Shown in pieces: positions 50,003-63,657 of a stretch of 64,000 nucleotides of DNA. The translations under genes and the position numbers were made by a program. Origin of the DNA: Octopus sinensis (Eukaryota); contig NC_043002.1 in the NCBI RefSeq assembly GCF_006345805.1, forward strand, positions 10,974,001 through 11,038,000. The letters run 5' to 3'. Position 1 is the stretch's first letter. Every line of letters begins with the position of its first letter. Under the pieces are notes generated by a model. The model worked only from the letters and a program-made list of their open reading frames with translations, searched no databases and had not been told where the DNA came from.

Positions 50003-50385
50003 TAACTTCCCAGAAGCTAGAACATCCTCGGAACTTTCAGGAAATTTTCGACCAAATTTTTCGGAAGTTTATGTCGAAATTTCCCGGAACATCATCGGAA
50101 CTTTCCCAGGAAGTTTTCGACCAAATTATCCGGAGGGAAGTTTTCGACGAAATTATCCGGAGGTTAGAACATCCTCGGAACTTCCCAGGAAATTTTTTAT
50201 AAAATTTCCCGCAATTTGGGAAATCCTTGGATCTTCCCATGCAGTTTTCGATCAAATTTCCCGGAAGTTAGAAAATCTTTGGGACTTCCCATGCAGTTTT
50301 CTACCAAATTTCCCGGAAGTTAGAAAATCGTCGGAACTTCCCATGCAGTTTTCGACGAAATTTCCCGGCAGGGCGAAAATCATCG
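50003..50385. repeat. 52-bp minisatellite
   Basis: Consensus gttagaaaatcctcggaacttcccatgcagttttcgacgaaatttcccggaa; recurs at 50890-51185. Confidence 0.85.
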
Positions 50386-51690
50386 GAGCATCTGGTAGCA
50401 TCTAGCTCATGCTAAAGATGACACAGAATATCCTTATATTTATGTTACATGTGTTGACGATACAATGGTTTGAACTTAAACTAACAAGTTCTTGTTTAAC
50501 AATATACATTGAGATGATATTTAGAACATCGTCACCCAGTTATTAACAATCTCATGAAATGAATATTACATTTATAACAGCGGAAATATGTTAATAGCAA
50601 CAATGAGGCAATTGTTACGATGAATATAGATTTATAACATACAACAGTCATTTCCGATATAACATGGAGACTACAGTTATTATTCAACTCTTAACAATAA
50701 AATGTAGACTAACGTCTATCAGCTACGCATAGCAGAGTAACTACTTGACATTCAATGTGAATGTTATTAACAAACTCATATGTTTATTAATGATATCTAA
50801 CTCTGGTTGTAACTAACATACGTACTTTCGAAATGCAGCTTGCAACTTCTCTTCAAGTCCAAACAGACTGAGTTCTTCTCTCTCTCTTTTTTCGACGAAA
50901 TATCCCTTTATTTAGAAAATTCCTTGGAACTTCCCATGAAGTTTTCGACAAAATTTCCTGGAAGTTAGAAAAGCCTTGGATCTTCCCATGCAGTTTTGGA
51001 CGAAATTTCCTAAAAGTTAGAAAATCCTCGGATCTCCCCTCGAAGATTTCGACGAAATTTCCCGGAACATAGAAAATCCTCGGAACTTCCCACGAAGTTT
51101 TTGGCGAAATTTCCCGGAAGTTAGAAAATCGTCGGAACTTCCCATGCAGTTTTCGACGAAATTTCCCGGCAGGGCGAAAATCATCGGAGCATCTGGTAGC
51201 ATCTAGCTCATGCTAAAGATGACACAGAATATCCTTATATTTATGTTACATGTGTTGACGATACAATGGTTTGAACTTAAACTAACAAGTTCTTGTTTAA
51301 CAATATACATTGAGATGATATTTAGAACATCGTCACCCAGTTATTAACAATCTCATGAAATGAATATTACATTTATAACAGCGGAAATATGTTAATAGCA
51401 ACAATGAGGCAATTGTTACGATGAATATAGATTTATAACATACAACAGTCATTTCCGATATAACATGGAGACTACAGTTATTATTCAACTCTTAACAATA
51501 AAATGTAGACTAACGTCTATCAGCTACGCATAGCAGAGTAACTACTTGACATTCAATGTGAATGTTATTAACAAACTCATATGTTTATTAATGATATCTA
51601 ACTCTGGTTGTAACTAACATACGTACTTTCGAAATGCAGCTTGCAACTGCTCTTCAAGTCCAAACAGACTGAGTTCCTCTCTCTCTCTCT
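50306..51690. repeat. Recent tandem duplication, 801-bp period
   Basis: 50306-50887 nearly identical to 51107-51690. Confidence 0.92.
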
Positions 51691-51907
51691 TTCTTTTTTT
51701 TTCTACCTGCTTGACCGCTAAATCTACAATTTGTTTATTATTCTATCTCCGTTTATATTCTCTGATTCCTTTTTATTGAAGTGCGTAGGCTCGAAACAGA
51801 AATGACTTTTTCACCTTCCTGAGCGTCAAACTAATACAACTTTTTTATTGCTTATACACCGGTCTTCGTGTTTTACTTTTCTATAAATTTCAGCTATGTA
51901 TATATAT

Positions 51908-51941
<34 letters not shown>

Positions 51942-52400
51942 GTTAATCCAAACATGAAGGCACAAAAAAAACACAACAACGCGAGGACGGGGAACAAATA
52001 TAGTATTATTGGACGCTATACATATACACATACACATAAACACATACACATATACACATATACACATACACATATACATACATACACACACACACACACA
52101 TACATACATACATGTATGGATGTATGTATGTATTATAGAATACCAGGTGTGATGTACAGAAATTGAATATTGAGAAAAAAGTATTGTAACTTGTCAAGGA
52201 ACCTTACCTAAAAAACAAAAACAATGTTCTCTTCTAAACAAAACCCCTCAAAAACATCTGCCTTATATAAATGAACAAGTTGTTTGTACATTCACAAAAT
52301 TTTATTTCACAACTTCGAGAAAGGAACGAAAGCTCTAATAACACTGAAGAAATAAAAAGATTTTTTTCCAAACTTCTGACGACTTTTTTTCTCAGAAAAT

Positions 52401-52475
<75 letters not shown>

Positions 52476-52789
52476 TTAATAAGGGTGAGAGAATTAGATA
52501 CTAATTTAATCGTTATGGTAAAATCTGGCGTGCGATTGAGTGGATTTCATCCAGATAGTTTTGGCTGACGAGCTACAAGTGGATTTTTTTGTAAGTAAAA
52601 TTACATTTAATTCATTAATAGCGAAACAATTGTCCCAAAATAATCTGTATTTTTGTTATTTTTTATTTGCCCTGTCCGTGTGAGCTAACAATCGTACTGA
52701 CTTTCATGGGAAACATGTATTTTTGTGGTTGAAACCTTTTGGATTAACTGGTGCTAGAGTGAGCCATATAGTGACCACTCTCTTATATT

Positions 52790-52851
<62 letters not shown>

Positions 52852-52872
52852 TATATACACACATATATATAT

Positions 52873-54042
52873 GTTAGTTAGTTAGTTAGTTAGTTAGTTA
52901 ATTTGGCTCAAAAGCAAATAGCAAGGCCATGTAGGGGGACATGGAGTTAAGTACAGGGTGGTGTTCATGTAAAGAGTTCAGGCCACTTGAGGTCCAGGGA
53001 GGCTTTGAACAAAGCGGTCGTCGGCATCTTCACCATCTCGTCTGGCAGCTTGTTCCACGGATCCGCAACCCGGACGGTGAAAGCTCCTCTCCTTCAATTG
53101 AGATGAAATCGTCGCAGGTAGAGCTTTTCGGAATGACCCCGCAGCCGACGCTCCGGAGCAGGAGTGAAGAACAGCTCTTTCGAGAGGTTACACTTCCCGC
53201 TTATGATGTTGTGGGCGAGAATGAGATCACCACGGCGGCGGCGTTTTTCAAGAGAATAAAGGTCGAGCGTCCTCAGCCTTTCTTCGTAGGACAAATTTTT
53301 GAGACCATGAAACATGCGGGTAGCCAGCCTCTGGACTCTTTCGAGGTGCTGTATGTCTTTGAGGAGATAAGGAGAAGAGGCTTGAATCCCATACTCCAAT
53401 ATGGGTCTCACCAGCGTGACATAGAGTGGCAGGAATATGGCTGCTGTGAGCATTCCGAATGACCGTCGAATCAAAAACAGAATTCCGCGCGCTTTGTTGG
53501 CAGCATGGACGCACTGGGCCGAAGGCGAAAAGGAGGAATCCACCAAGATACCCAGGTCCTTTACCTGATCGGTCCTCTCCAGCAGCAGACGACCCGGCTC
53601 GAAATCAAGTTGAGTTGCAGGAGTAGAGCCGACAGGCAGATGACAGCACTTTGACACGTTCAGACACAGGTCCCAATCGTTAGACCACTTCCAAATTTGG
53701 TGGAGGCATCGACGAAGATCCTCTATACTACCGCGAGGAGCGACCAGTTTGATATCGTCGGCAAATAGAAGGGTGTGTTGCGTGAGGTCGTCGGGCAAGT
53801 CATTTATGAAGACTAAGAACAACAAGGGCCCAAGCACTGAACCTTGAGGCACGCCACTGCTCGCACTGGAGATGTCGGACCGCGAACCATTAACTTGAAC
53901 TTGGAAGGAGCGATCTGAGAGGAAGGCACCAACCCATCGTACAATATCCGGATGGAAACTATATGCTTGAAGCTTGACAAGTAGTAGGCGGTGGTTTACC
54001 GAGTCAAAAGCTTTGGCAAAGTCCAATAAAACGATGTCAACG
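52873..54042 (-). mobile_element. 5'-truncated CR1-type LINE (RT domain to (TAAC)n tail)
   Basis: VDIVLLDFAKAFDSVNHRLLLVKL..GVPQGSVLGPLLFLVFINDL..LLFADDIKL..KDLGILVD; premature stop near the C-terminus. Confidence 0.95.
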
Positions 54043-54249
54043 CATATATATATATATATACATATACACTTATATATACAATGTTGTATATCAAGAAGGC
54101 CATTATGCCATAATAAGCACATGCACTGGTTCTATTTCACTTCTTAATTATTTTTCAATTGGTTAACTATTTAACAGGCAGTTTCTGATTTCGGTAATAC
54201 TGCATAAATTATAACAAACAGGTTCTGTTTAAAATAATGAAATTTAAAA

Positions 54250-56090
54250 CTATACTAACCAGCTCCTGATTATAATAATGTCGACCAAACTATGATGACC
54301 AGCTCTTCTCTTAATAATACACAAACGACAATACTAACCAGCTCCTGATTTTAAGAGTACAGTAGAAGCTGTATCGAACAGCTCCTGGTCTCAATAATAC
54401 GTTGTAAGCTATCACAACCAGCTTTTGATTCTAATAGAGCTCTGTAGGTAACAACAACCAGATCTTGGTTCAAATTTCTGGCTTCAAATTTTGACACAAG
54501 GGCAACAAGTTGGGGAAGCGGGTTAAATTGGTTACAATGACTATAGTGCTCAGCTAACTAGTTCTGATTTCGACAGCCCCAGGAGAATGAAAAGCAAAGT
54601 CGAAGGTGGGTAATTCGATCACATCGACCCCAGTGCCCAATTAACTAGTAATCCTGAAAGAATGAAAGGCGAAGTCTGGGCGGGGTTAGTTGATTACATT
54701 GACCCCAGTTTATGGTATTTATTTTATCAACCTCGAAGGGTGAAAGGCAAACTCGACTTCAGCGGAATTTTTACTCAGAACGTAAAGACGACGAAATGCC
54801 GCTAAGCATTTTGTTCTGCTAGCTCACAGCCTTAATCTTGTTTATAATAATCCTTTCTATTGGAGGCACAAGGCCTCAAATTTGGTGGAAGGGGACTAGT
54901 AGATTAAATCGACTCCAATGTTTCACTGGTGTTTAATTTATCGACCCTGAAAGGATGAAAGGCAAAGTCGACCTCGGTGGAATTTGAACTCAGAACGTAG
55001 CGACGGGCGAAATACGGCTACGCATTTCATTCAGCGTGTAACGATTCGGCAAGCCGTTGCCTTGATCTTGTTTATAATAATTATTTGAAATATTTTTTTG
55101 CCACAAGGTGGGGATGAGTCGATTACATCGACACTAGTGTTCGACTGGTACTTATTTTATCGACCCCAAAAGGATGAAAGGTAAAGTCGACATCGGCGGA
55201 ATTTGAACTCAGAACGTAACGGCAGACGAAATACCTATTTCTTTACTACCCACAAGGAGCTAAACACAGAGAGGACAAACAGGGACAGACAAACGGATTA
55301 AGTCGATCATATCGACCACAGTGCGTAACTGGTACTTATTTAACCGACCCCGAAAAGATGAAAGGCAAAGTCGACCTCGGCGGAATTTGAACTCAGAACG
55401 TAACGGCAGACGAAATACCGCTAAGCATTTCGCCCAGCGTGCTAACGTTTCAGCCAGTTCGCCGCTTTAATCTTATTTATAATAATGCAGTCAAAACAAT
55501 ATCAAACAACTTAAGAACATATAATTACAACCAGCTTCTGATGCCTGTAATAGGGCATTGAGTATAATAACCAACATCTAATTACAATGATGCTGTAGAA
55601 ACAATCTTAAGGAGCTACTAATCTCAAGAGTGCAGTAGAGATAATACAAAACTGTCCCTGGTTCCAATGACGCAATATAGAGAGTGATAACCAGCTTCTG
55701 ACTTCAGTACAGGGCATAACAAATAGTCTTTGATTATAATAATGTATGTAGTTGCATCTATATTAACCAATTCCTAATCCCAGTAGTACAGTAGTAAGTA
55801 TGATCACCTCCTAATCTCAAGAATAACAACTTGCTTCGTATTCCAGTAATGTTGTAGTGAAAATAAAACAATCCTTTGATTTCATTAGTATACTCTTAGA
55901 TATAACAACCAATCCTTTATCTCAATAGAGCAATAAACATAATGAAAACCAGCTCTGGATCTCAATTCAACCAGCTCCTTATCGCGATTATACGGTAAAA
56001 ACCGCACAACCAGCTCCTGATTTTATTAAGAGAGTGGAAATTATGGAAAAAAAAAAAAAAAAAAAAAAAAAACCAGCTGCTCATTTCAAT
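54250..56090 (+). repeat. Old degenerate ~40-bp minisatellite interrupted by SINEs
   Basis: aaccagctcctgatt motif at 54258, 54298, 54337, 54377, 54417 and 54457; resumes at 55528-56090. Confidence 0.7.
54500..55468 (-). mobile_element. Stack of SINE family A copies and fragments
   Basis: Several cores; heads end at ~54830, ~55062 and ~55466, each followed by tctt(g/a)tttataataat. Confidence 0.85.
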
Positions 56091-56897
56091 AACCAAGTAA
56101 CCATAACAGTTGTTATCATCTCTGCTACCTTACTGAGATCAGGGCTTGTGTATAGTCTGCTCTAAATTTCATCTAAATGAACCCATGGTCAATTTAGATG
56201 GGATTGCTAAACCTGAATATTTTTTTCTTGAAACTGGAAGCCTATTTCACGCAACAACAATCAATAAGAACAGCAACAACAATAATAATAACGGTTTCAA
56301 ATTTTGTCACAAGGCCGGCAGTTTTCATTTTTTGAGGGAAAGGGAGTATTCGATTACATCGACCCCCAGTACTCAACTGGTACTTATTTTAAAACCTGGT
56401 ACTTATTCTATCGGTTTCTTTTGCCGAACCGCTGGGTTTCGGGACGTAAGCACACCAGCACCTGTTGTCAAGTAGTGTTGGTGGTGGAGGGGGAAGGGAC
56501 ACGAAGACACACACACGGACGTATAGACGGACGAAATGCTGCTAAACATTTTATCCGGTGTACAACGTTTCTTATTTCTTTATTACCCACAAGGGGCTAA
56601 ACATAGAGGGGGCAAACAAGGACAGACAAATGGATTAAGTCGATTATATCGACCCCAATGTGCAACAGGTACTTAATTTATCGACCCCGAAAATTTGTTC
56701 TGAAGTAAAAAAAAAAAAAAAAAAAAAAAAAACTCTATTTACAGGAAATCGTTAGGAACATTTATTATTTTTTTTTTCAATAAAAGCAGAGTGTTACTCT
56801 TTAATATTTGCGTGGAACCGCTTGAAATAACCAGTGTGTTCTCTCACCAAATGATGGTATTTTCTGTAAACTGGCATTGTTGAAATTTCCTTGATAC

Positions 56898-57685
56898 TTA
56901 TTTCTTTACTCCCCACAAGGGGCTAAACAGAGAGGACAAACAAGGACAGACAAACGGATTAAGTCGATTATATCGACCCCAGTGGGTAACTGGTACTTAT
57001 TTAATCGACCCCGTAAGGATAAAAGACAAAGTCGACCTCGGCGGAATTTGAACTCAGAACGTAGCGACAGACAAAATACCTATTTTCTTTTACTACCCAC
57101 AAGAGGCTAAACACAGAGAGGACAGCAAGGACAGACAAATGGATTTAAGTCGATTATATCGACCCCAGTGCTAACTGGTACTTATTTAATCGACCCCGTA
57201 AGGATAAAAGACAAAGTCGACCTCGGCGGAATTTGAACTCAGAACGTAGCGACAGACAAAATACCTATTTCTTTACTACCCACAAGAGGCTAAACACAGA
57301 GAGGACAAACAAGGACAGACAAATGGATTTAAGTCGATTATATCGACCCCAGTGCTTAACTGGTACTTATTTAATCGACCCCGTAAGGATAAAAGACAAA
57401 GTCGACCTCGGCGGAATTTGAACTCAGAACGTAGCGGCAGACAAAATACCTATTTCTTTACTACCCACAAGGGGCTAAACATAGAGGGGACAAACAAGGA
57501 CAGACAAACGGATTAAGTCGATCATATCGACCCCAGTGCGTAACTGGTACTTATTTAATCAACCCCGAAAGGATGAAAGGCAAAGTCGAAGTCGGCGCAA
57601 TTTGAACTCAGAATGTAGCGACAGACGAAATACTGTTACGCATTTCGCCCGGCGTGCTAGCGTTTCTGCCAGCTCGTCGCCTTTT
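56898..57685 (-). mobile_element. SINE family A tetramer (one head plus four tandem core-tail units)
   Basis: Units start at ~56899, 57081, 57266 and 57451; head at 57630-57681; single 14-bp TSD aatttccttgatac (56884-56897 / 57686-57699). Confidence 0.92.
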
Positions 57686-58344
57686 AATTTCCTTGATACC
57701 ATTAATTGGTGGTTCAATTTCTTCGCACGAATGAAACAACTTGTGAAACGTCGCCGTAGGTTAAATTCGAAATGCTGCCTACTCATACTTTCAGTACTTA
57801 ATCTGCATTTATCGAGCATTTGGAATGTTAGGCCTCATCAATCCTGCGTCGTCAGCCCCCATTCATTAAGTCACCAACAACATTTACGGATGTAAACGAG
57901 ATGTTTATTGCTGCAATTCTCCAGTCAATAGTTATTTTCAAAACACATTTTCTTTAATAAAAACTTCGCCATCTTTGACTGAACTTCAATCTGAAACGTA
58001 AACAACGAACACTCCATCAAAATGGCAATTACTTTTACTGTGCCAAAATGTCAATAAAATTTCATAGAACGTTAGTTCAAGAGGGCTACATTTTGTTCTT
58101 TGTATTCCATTATAAGCATATAAAGCCTTTTTGTGAATTATGGCATTCAATTTTCTTCCTTTTTCCACGGATTTTCCTTTTACTAAGACTGAACAAAAGT
58201 TGTAGCGGCCGCCCTTTTGACTGTCCACAGTTCCCAGTTGAGAACTTCTGCGATAGAGCAACATAAAGGATTAGCAGAGAAAATTTCATTCTGTTACGCA
58301 ACATTGCTTAGTATTAATGATTGCTTTGTTGATTAATGTATAAC

Positions 58345-58349
58345 TTTAT

Positions 58350-58383
<34 letters not shown>

Positions 58384-58640
58384 GTGTATGTATGTATGTA
58401 TGTATATGTGTGTGTGTATGTATGTATGTATGTATATGTATGTATGTATATGTGTGTGTGTATGTATGTATGTGTGTGTGTATGTATATGTGTGTGCATG
58501 TATATGTGTGTGTGTATGTATGTATATGAATATGTATGTATATGTGTGTGTATGTATGTATGTATATTTGTGTGTATGTATATGTGTGTGTATGTATGTA
58601 TGTATGTATGTATGTATGTGTGTGTGGTGTGTGTGTGTGT
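58345..58640. repeat. (TATG/TG)n compound microsatellite
   Basis: Direct reading. Confidence 0.95.
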
Positions 58641-58641
58641 G

Positions 58642-58925
58642 CGGAGGCGCAATGGCCCAGTGTTTAGGGCAGCGGACTCGCTGTCGGAGGACCGCGGTTC
58701 CGATTCCCAGACCGGGCATTGTGTTTGTTTATTGAGCGAAAATACCTAAAGCTCCACGGGGCTCCGGCAGAGTGTGGTAGCGACCCCTGTAGTACTCTTA
58801 CGCCCCAACTTTCTCTCACTCTTTCTTCCTGTTTCTTCAGTAACGCTGCGATGGACTGTGGTCCTGTCGGGGGATCACTTACGCCATAGAAACCGGGCCC
58901 ATGAGCCTGGCTAGGCTTAAAAATG
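58642..58925 (+). mobile_element. SINE family B, tail type 3
   Basis: Head as in 289-670; tail aacgctgcgatggact..gaaaccgggcccc..agcctggctag, as in 2236-2550. Confidence 0.85.
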
Positions 58926-58955
58926 GCGCATAAATAAATAATATATATGTATGTG

Positions 58956-58986
<31 letters not shown>

Positions 58987-59148
58987 ATATATATGTGTGT
59001 GTGTGTATATGTGTGTGTGTATATGTCTGTGTGTATATGTGTGTGTGTGTATGTGTGTGTGTGAATGTGTGTGTGTGTATGTGTGTGTGTATATGTGTGT
59101 GTGTGTAATGTGTGTGTGTGTATATGTATGTGTGTGTGTATATGTGTG

Positions 59149-59182
<34 letters not shown>

Positions 59183-59186
<4 letters not shown>

Positions 59187-59568
59187 CTTTTATTCTTTTA
59201 CTTGTTTCAGTCATTAGATTGCGGCCATGCTGGAACAAGTCAACCTCAGGACTTATTCTTCGTAAGCCTAGTACTTATTCTATCGGTCTCTTTCGCCGAA
59301 CCACCAAGTTACGGGGACTTAAACGCACCAACATCGGTTGTCAAGCGATGTGGGGGAGGGACAAACACAGACACAAATAACAAACACACATACATATACA
59401 TACACGACGAGCTTCTTTCGGTTTCGGTCTACCTAATCCGCTCTCAATGCTTTGATCGGCCCGAGGCTATAGTAAAAGACATTTGCCCAAGGTGCCCCGT
59501 AGTGAGACTGAACCCGGAACCATGTGGTTGGGAAGAGAGCTTCTTACCACACAGCCATTCCTGCGCCT
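59183..59568 (-). mobile_element. SINE family C
   Basis: Full copy, reverse complement, diverged. Confidence 0.85.
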
Positions 59569-59583
59569 TCACAACCACCTCTC

Positions 59584-59585
<2 letters not shown>

Positions 59586-59638
<53 letters not shown>

Positions 59639-59808
59639 ATATATATATAATATATATAATATATATATATACATACATACATACATATACACATATGCAT
59701 ATTATATATACACATATACATATATATATATATACACATATACATATATATATATATACACATATACATTATATATATATACACATATACATATATATAT
59801 ATATACAC

Positions 59809-59840
<32 letters not shown>

Positions 59841-60172
59841 ACATATATATATACACATATACATATATACACATATACATACATACATATATATATACAT
59901 ACACATATACATACATACACATATATATACATACACATATACATATATATACATATACATACATATACATACACATATATACATATACATACACATATAT
60001 ACATATACATATACATACACATATATACATATACATATACATACACATATATACATACACATATATACATACACATATACATACACATATATACATACAC
60101 ATATACATACACATATATACACACACACACACACACACATACATACATATACATACATATACATACATATAC

Positions 60173-60219
<47 letters not shown>

Positions 60220-60220
60220 C
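59586..60220. repeat. (TA/CA)n compound microsatellite
   Basis: Direct reading; source of several spurious ORFs. Confidence 0.95.
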
Positions 60221-60364
60221 GAGTAAGCACATTGGGGCGACTGTACACAGCTACAAGCCCACAGCATTCGAATGGTACTTATTTTATCAATCCCGATAAT
60301 ATGGGTATTCTAAAATTGTATGTTACTAACGTTTCTCAATTTCGAAGACTCCTCAAAATTGATT

Positions 60365-60806
60365 TCAAATTTTGGCACAAGGCCATCAATTTCAAGGGTG
60401 GGTAAGACAATTGCATCGACCCCAGTGCTCAACTGGTATTTATTTTATCGACACCGAAAGGTTAAAAGACAAAGTCGACCTCGGAGGAATTTAAACAAAG
60501 AGCGTAAACACAGACGAACTTCCACTAAGCATTTCTCCCGACGTGCTTACGATTTTTATTTCTTTATTGCCCACAAGGGGCTAAACACAGAGGGGACAAA
60601 CAAGGGCAGACAAACGGATTAAGTCGATTATATCAACCCCAGTGCGTAACTGGTACTTATTTAATCGACTCCGAAAGGATGAAAGGAAAAGTCGACCTCG
60701 GCGGAATTTGAACTCAGAACGTAGCGGCAGACGAAATACCTATTTCTTTACTACCTATTTCTTTACTACCCACAAGGGGCTAAACACAGAAAGGACAAAC
60801 AAGGAC
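60365..60806 (-). mobile_element. SINE family A cluster
   Basis: Diverged copy plus a tail-1 unit and the same multimer junction at ~60740. Confidence 0.8.
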
Positions 60807-60835
60807 ATACATACATACATACATACATACATACA

Positions 60836-60871
<36 letters not shown>

Positions 60872-61075
60872 CATATACATACATATACATACATATATAT
60901 ACATACATATACATACATACATATACATACATACATATACATACATACATATACATACATATATATATACATACATACATATACATACATATACATACAT
61001 ATACATACATATACATACATACAACACACACACACACACATACATACATACATACATACATACATACATACATGC

Positions 61076-61153
<78 letters not shown>

Positions 61154-61199
61154 ATACAAATGTTAAATAATTTTAAACTGTAACCCTCACCCTTTGGGA

Positions 61200-61830
61200 G
61201 AAGGAGCTTTGGTTATTGTTTAAAAATAGAATTGTGTCCCTGTTTCGGGAAATTGACAATATTTTCACCTTTTATACGGAAGCATTTTTGTTAGAAGGCC
61301 TTCGAGCGAAGAAAGTCCAAAAATGAATTCCGCTGCAGCCGTCGGCGGGCGCGAACTCATTAAAATTAAAAAGGAAGAAATACAAACCTATTTCGGATTA
61401 ATCAACGACAAAGACAGTGAATCTAGGATAACACCACCAAACGAAATAAAAAATTAATTTAAAGAAAAGATTATTGTCTATAAAGCATACAATGTAGAGA
61501 AAAAAAAAGATTTGAACACCTGGGGGAAAGCACCATCGAAAAGTGTCTTGGTGCGACTATGAAAGATATCTAACCAGGGGCGGTAAATTCGCCACAATAG
61601 AAGCAAGTTTCGAGTCAACGGAGCGTGCAAAGGAGTCCTCGACTCGAACCTTGCAAAGTGGAAATATTTTATTTTTACCTTTATATCTGGGACGAAGGAC
61701 GTCCCGGATAAAAATTTAAAATATCCCCGAAGAAGTAGAGGTAGGCTGGATTGTAGCCACACTTCTATACAAGAGGGAGGACAAGATACAATTGGTCGAA
61801 ATTGCAAGAGACGAGCCTACAATTCCAGTC
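61200..61830 (+). pseudogene. Decayed ORF1 paralogous to 22155-23265
   Basis: TIEASFESTERAKESSTRTLQSGNILFLPLYLGRRTSRIKI*NIPEEVEVGWIVA aligns by eye with AIVVTFKNAETAQKHS..LIPIYVGMRTSKVRIPRIPP; shared ttattgtttaaaaat upstream. Confidence 0.65.
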
Positions 61831-61931
61831 TGTTATATAATTTGAGTATTGTTATCACTAGCGATATCAAGATATAACATTGTATTTTGTATGTAAATGT
61901 ATATATATAGATGTACACAAATATATACATG

Positions 61932-62048
61932 CACTAGCACTATGACCCGGCAACGACAGGGTCATAATGCTAGTGAGCGCCGGGCCTCGGCTCGGCTCGG
62001 CTCGGCAGAAAGAAAGAAAGAAAGAAAGAAATTCAATTATATATAGAG
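61932..62048 (+). mobile_element. Miniature HINE-like element with strong 5' hairpin
   Basis: cactagca-c-tatgaccc(loop)gggtcata-a-tgctagtg, then (CTCGG)n, (AGAA)n and 3' tatatatagag. Confidence 0.55.
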
Positions 62049-63067
62049 AACTATTGCGCGAAGGCAGCATAAATAAAACAACCCTTCCTCAATTTTACCT
62101 GCGAGCATTGTAAGAAGATGCGTCTTCGTCAAAGCAATTACCCCCCAAAGCAAATTAAGTAATATTTGAGATACGTGGAACGTCCAAGCTGCTAACGAAA
62201 ACAGGACATTGAAAACATTCGGTAAGGGCTTTTTAAACCTAACGAGTTGAAGTGGTGAATGCTGGAGAAAAAAATCTTTGCCAAGAGACAGAAAAGAATG
62301 CGTCTTACAAGTATAAGCTGAAAGAGAAGAAAAAGAATTACATTTAGAAATAGAGAACTATAATTATTGAGGACAGAATTTGAGTTAGAAATAAGGAACT
62401 ATAAATATTGAATTTTGCATAAAGTGGTGGCTTACATTCGGGGCTTCCAATTTCTCTGTAATATAGAAGATAATCGCAAAATCATCGTACATGTCACCAT
62501 CGATTACGAACACCGGTGGAAAATAAAAGCTCTAGAGGAACTTCTTGTTCTTTCATTCGTACAAGGATCGTATTATGTTTCGGCTTAAAATAAATTATAG
62601 ATACAAATATAATGTATAGATATATATATAAAAGCCAGAATAGAAAATATACGTCTTAGACATATAAAATGAGATAACATGAGATATGAAGGTGTTATAA
62701 ACTTGAAACGTACATCATAGATTATATATACCAAGTCATCCAATCAGTTCTGTCCAATTTTATCTTGTTTTAGATTTGAATGAAATTTAATAGTATTTTC
62801 AAATGTCTAAATTGAATTAAAAAGTATTTTTATGCATTTATGTACGTTTAAACTAATTCAATATTGTTTTACAAAATAATAGAGGGTGTCCACAAAGTCT
62901 GCGTACATGGGGATTAACACATACTTTTAAAACAAAACAATTTTATTTAATTATATTTAATTATAAATAATATTTTCAAAGTGATTTTCATCATTTTCAA
63001 TGCATATCTTTATGCGCCTTGGAAAATTCAGGTAGACTTGATTAAATAAGTCTACATCGCCATCGGT

Positions 63068-63450
63068 GGAGGCGTAATGGCCCTGTGGTTAGGGCAGCGG
63101 ACTCGCGGTCATACGATCGCGGTTTCGATTCCCAGACCGGGCGTTGTGAGTGTTTATTGAGCGAAAACACCTAAAAGCTCCACGAGGCTCCGGCAGGGGA
63201 TGGTGGTGATCCCTGCTGTACTCTTTCACCACAACTTTCTCTCACTCTTACTTCCTGTTTCTCTTGTACCTGTATTTCAAAGGGCCGGCCTTGTCACTCT
63301 CTGTGTCACGCTGAATATCCCCGAGAACTACGTTAAGGGTGCTTGTGTCTGTGGAGTGCTCAGCCACTTACACGTTAATTTCACGAGCCGGCTGTTCCGT
63401 TGATTCGGATCAACCGGAACGATCATCGTCGTAACCGACGGAGTGCTTCC
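63068..63450 (+). mobile_element. SINE family B, tail type 1
   Basis: Near-identical to 289-670. Confidence 0.9.
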
Positions 63451-63657
63451 ATCCATTGCCATCAATTTCAGCACATTGACTGGTAATGCGTTCTCTCATG
63501 TGTTTTAAATCTGTAATCTTTATTGTAATCTTTCTCTTTCAACATACCCCAGAAAAAGAAATCAAGGGGAGAAATGTCTGGTGAACGAGGGGACCTTTCC
63601 ATATGAGCCCTTCTTCCAATCCAGTGAGGAAAAGTGTCATTAAGCCAATCTCTAACA

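Noticed and set aside
54250-56090. Repeat-protein coding sequence
   Set aside because: The period is about 40 bp, not a multiple of 3, and stops are frequent.
58314-61166. Long ORFs (up to 395 aa) rich in Y/I/H/T/V/C/M
   Set aside because: Translations of TA/CA/TG microsatellites; the same applies at 9789-10172, 10610-11011 and 46247-47010.
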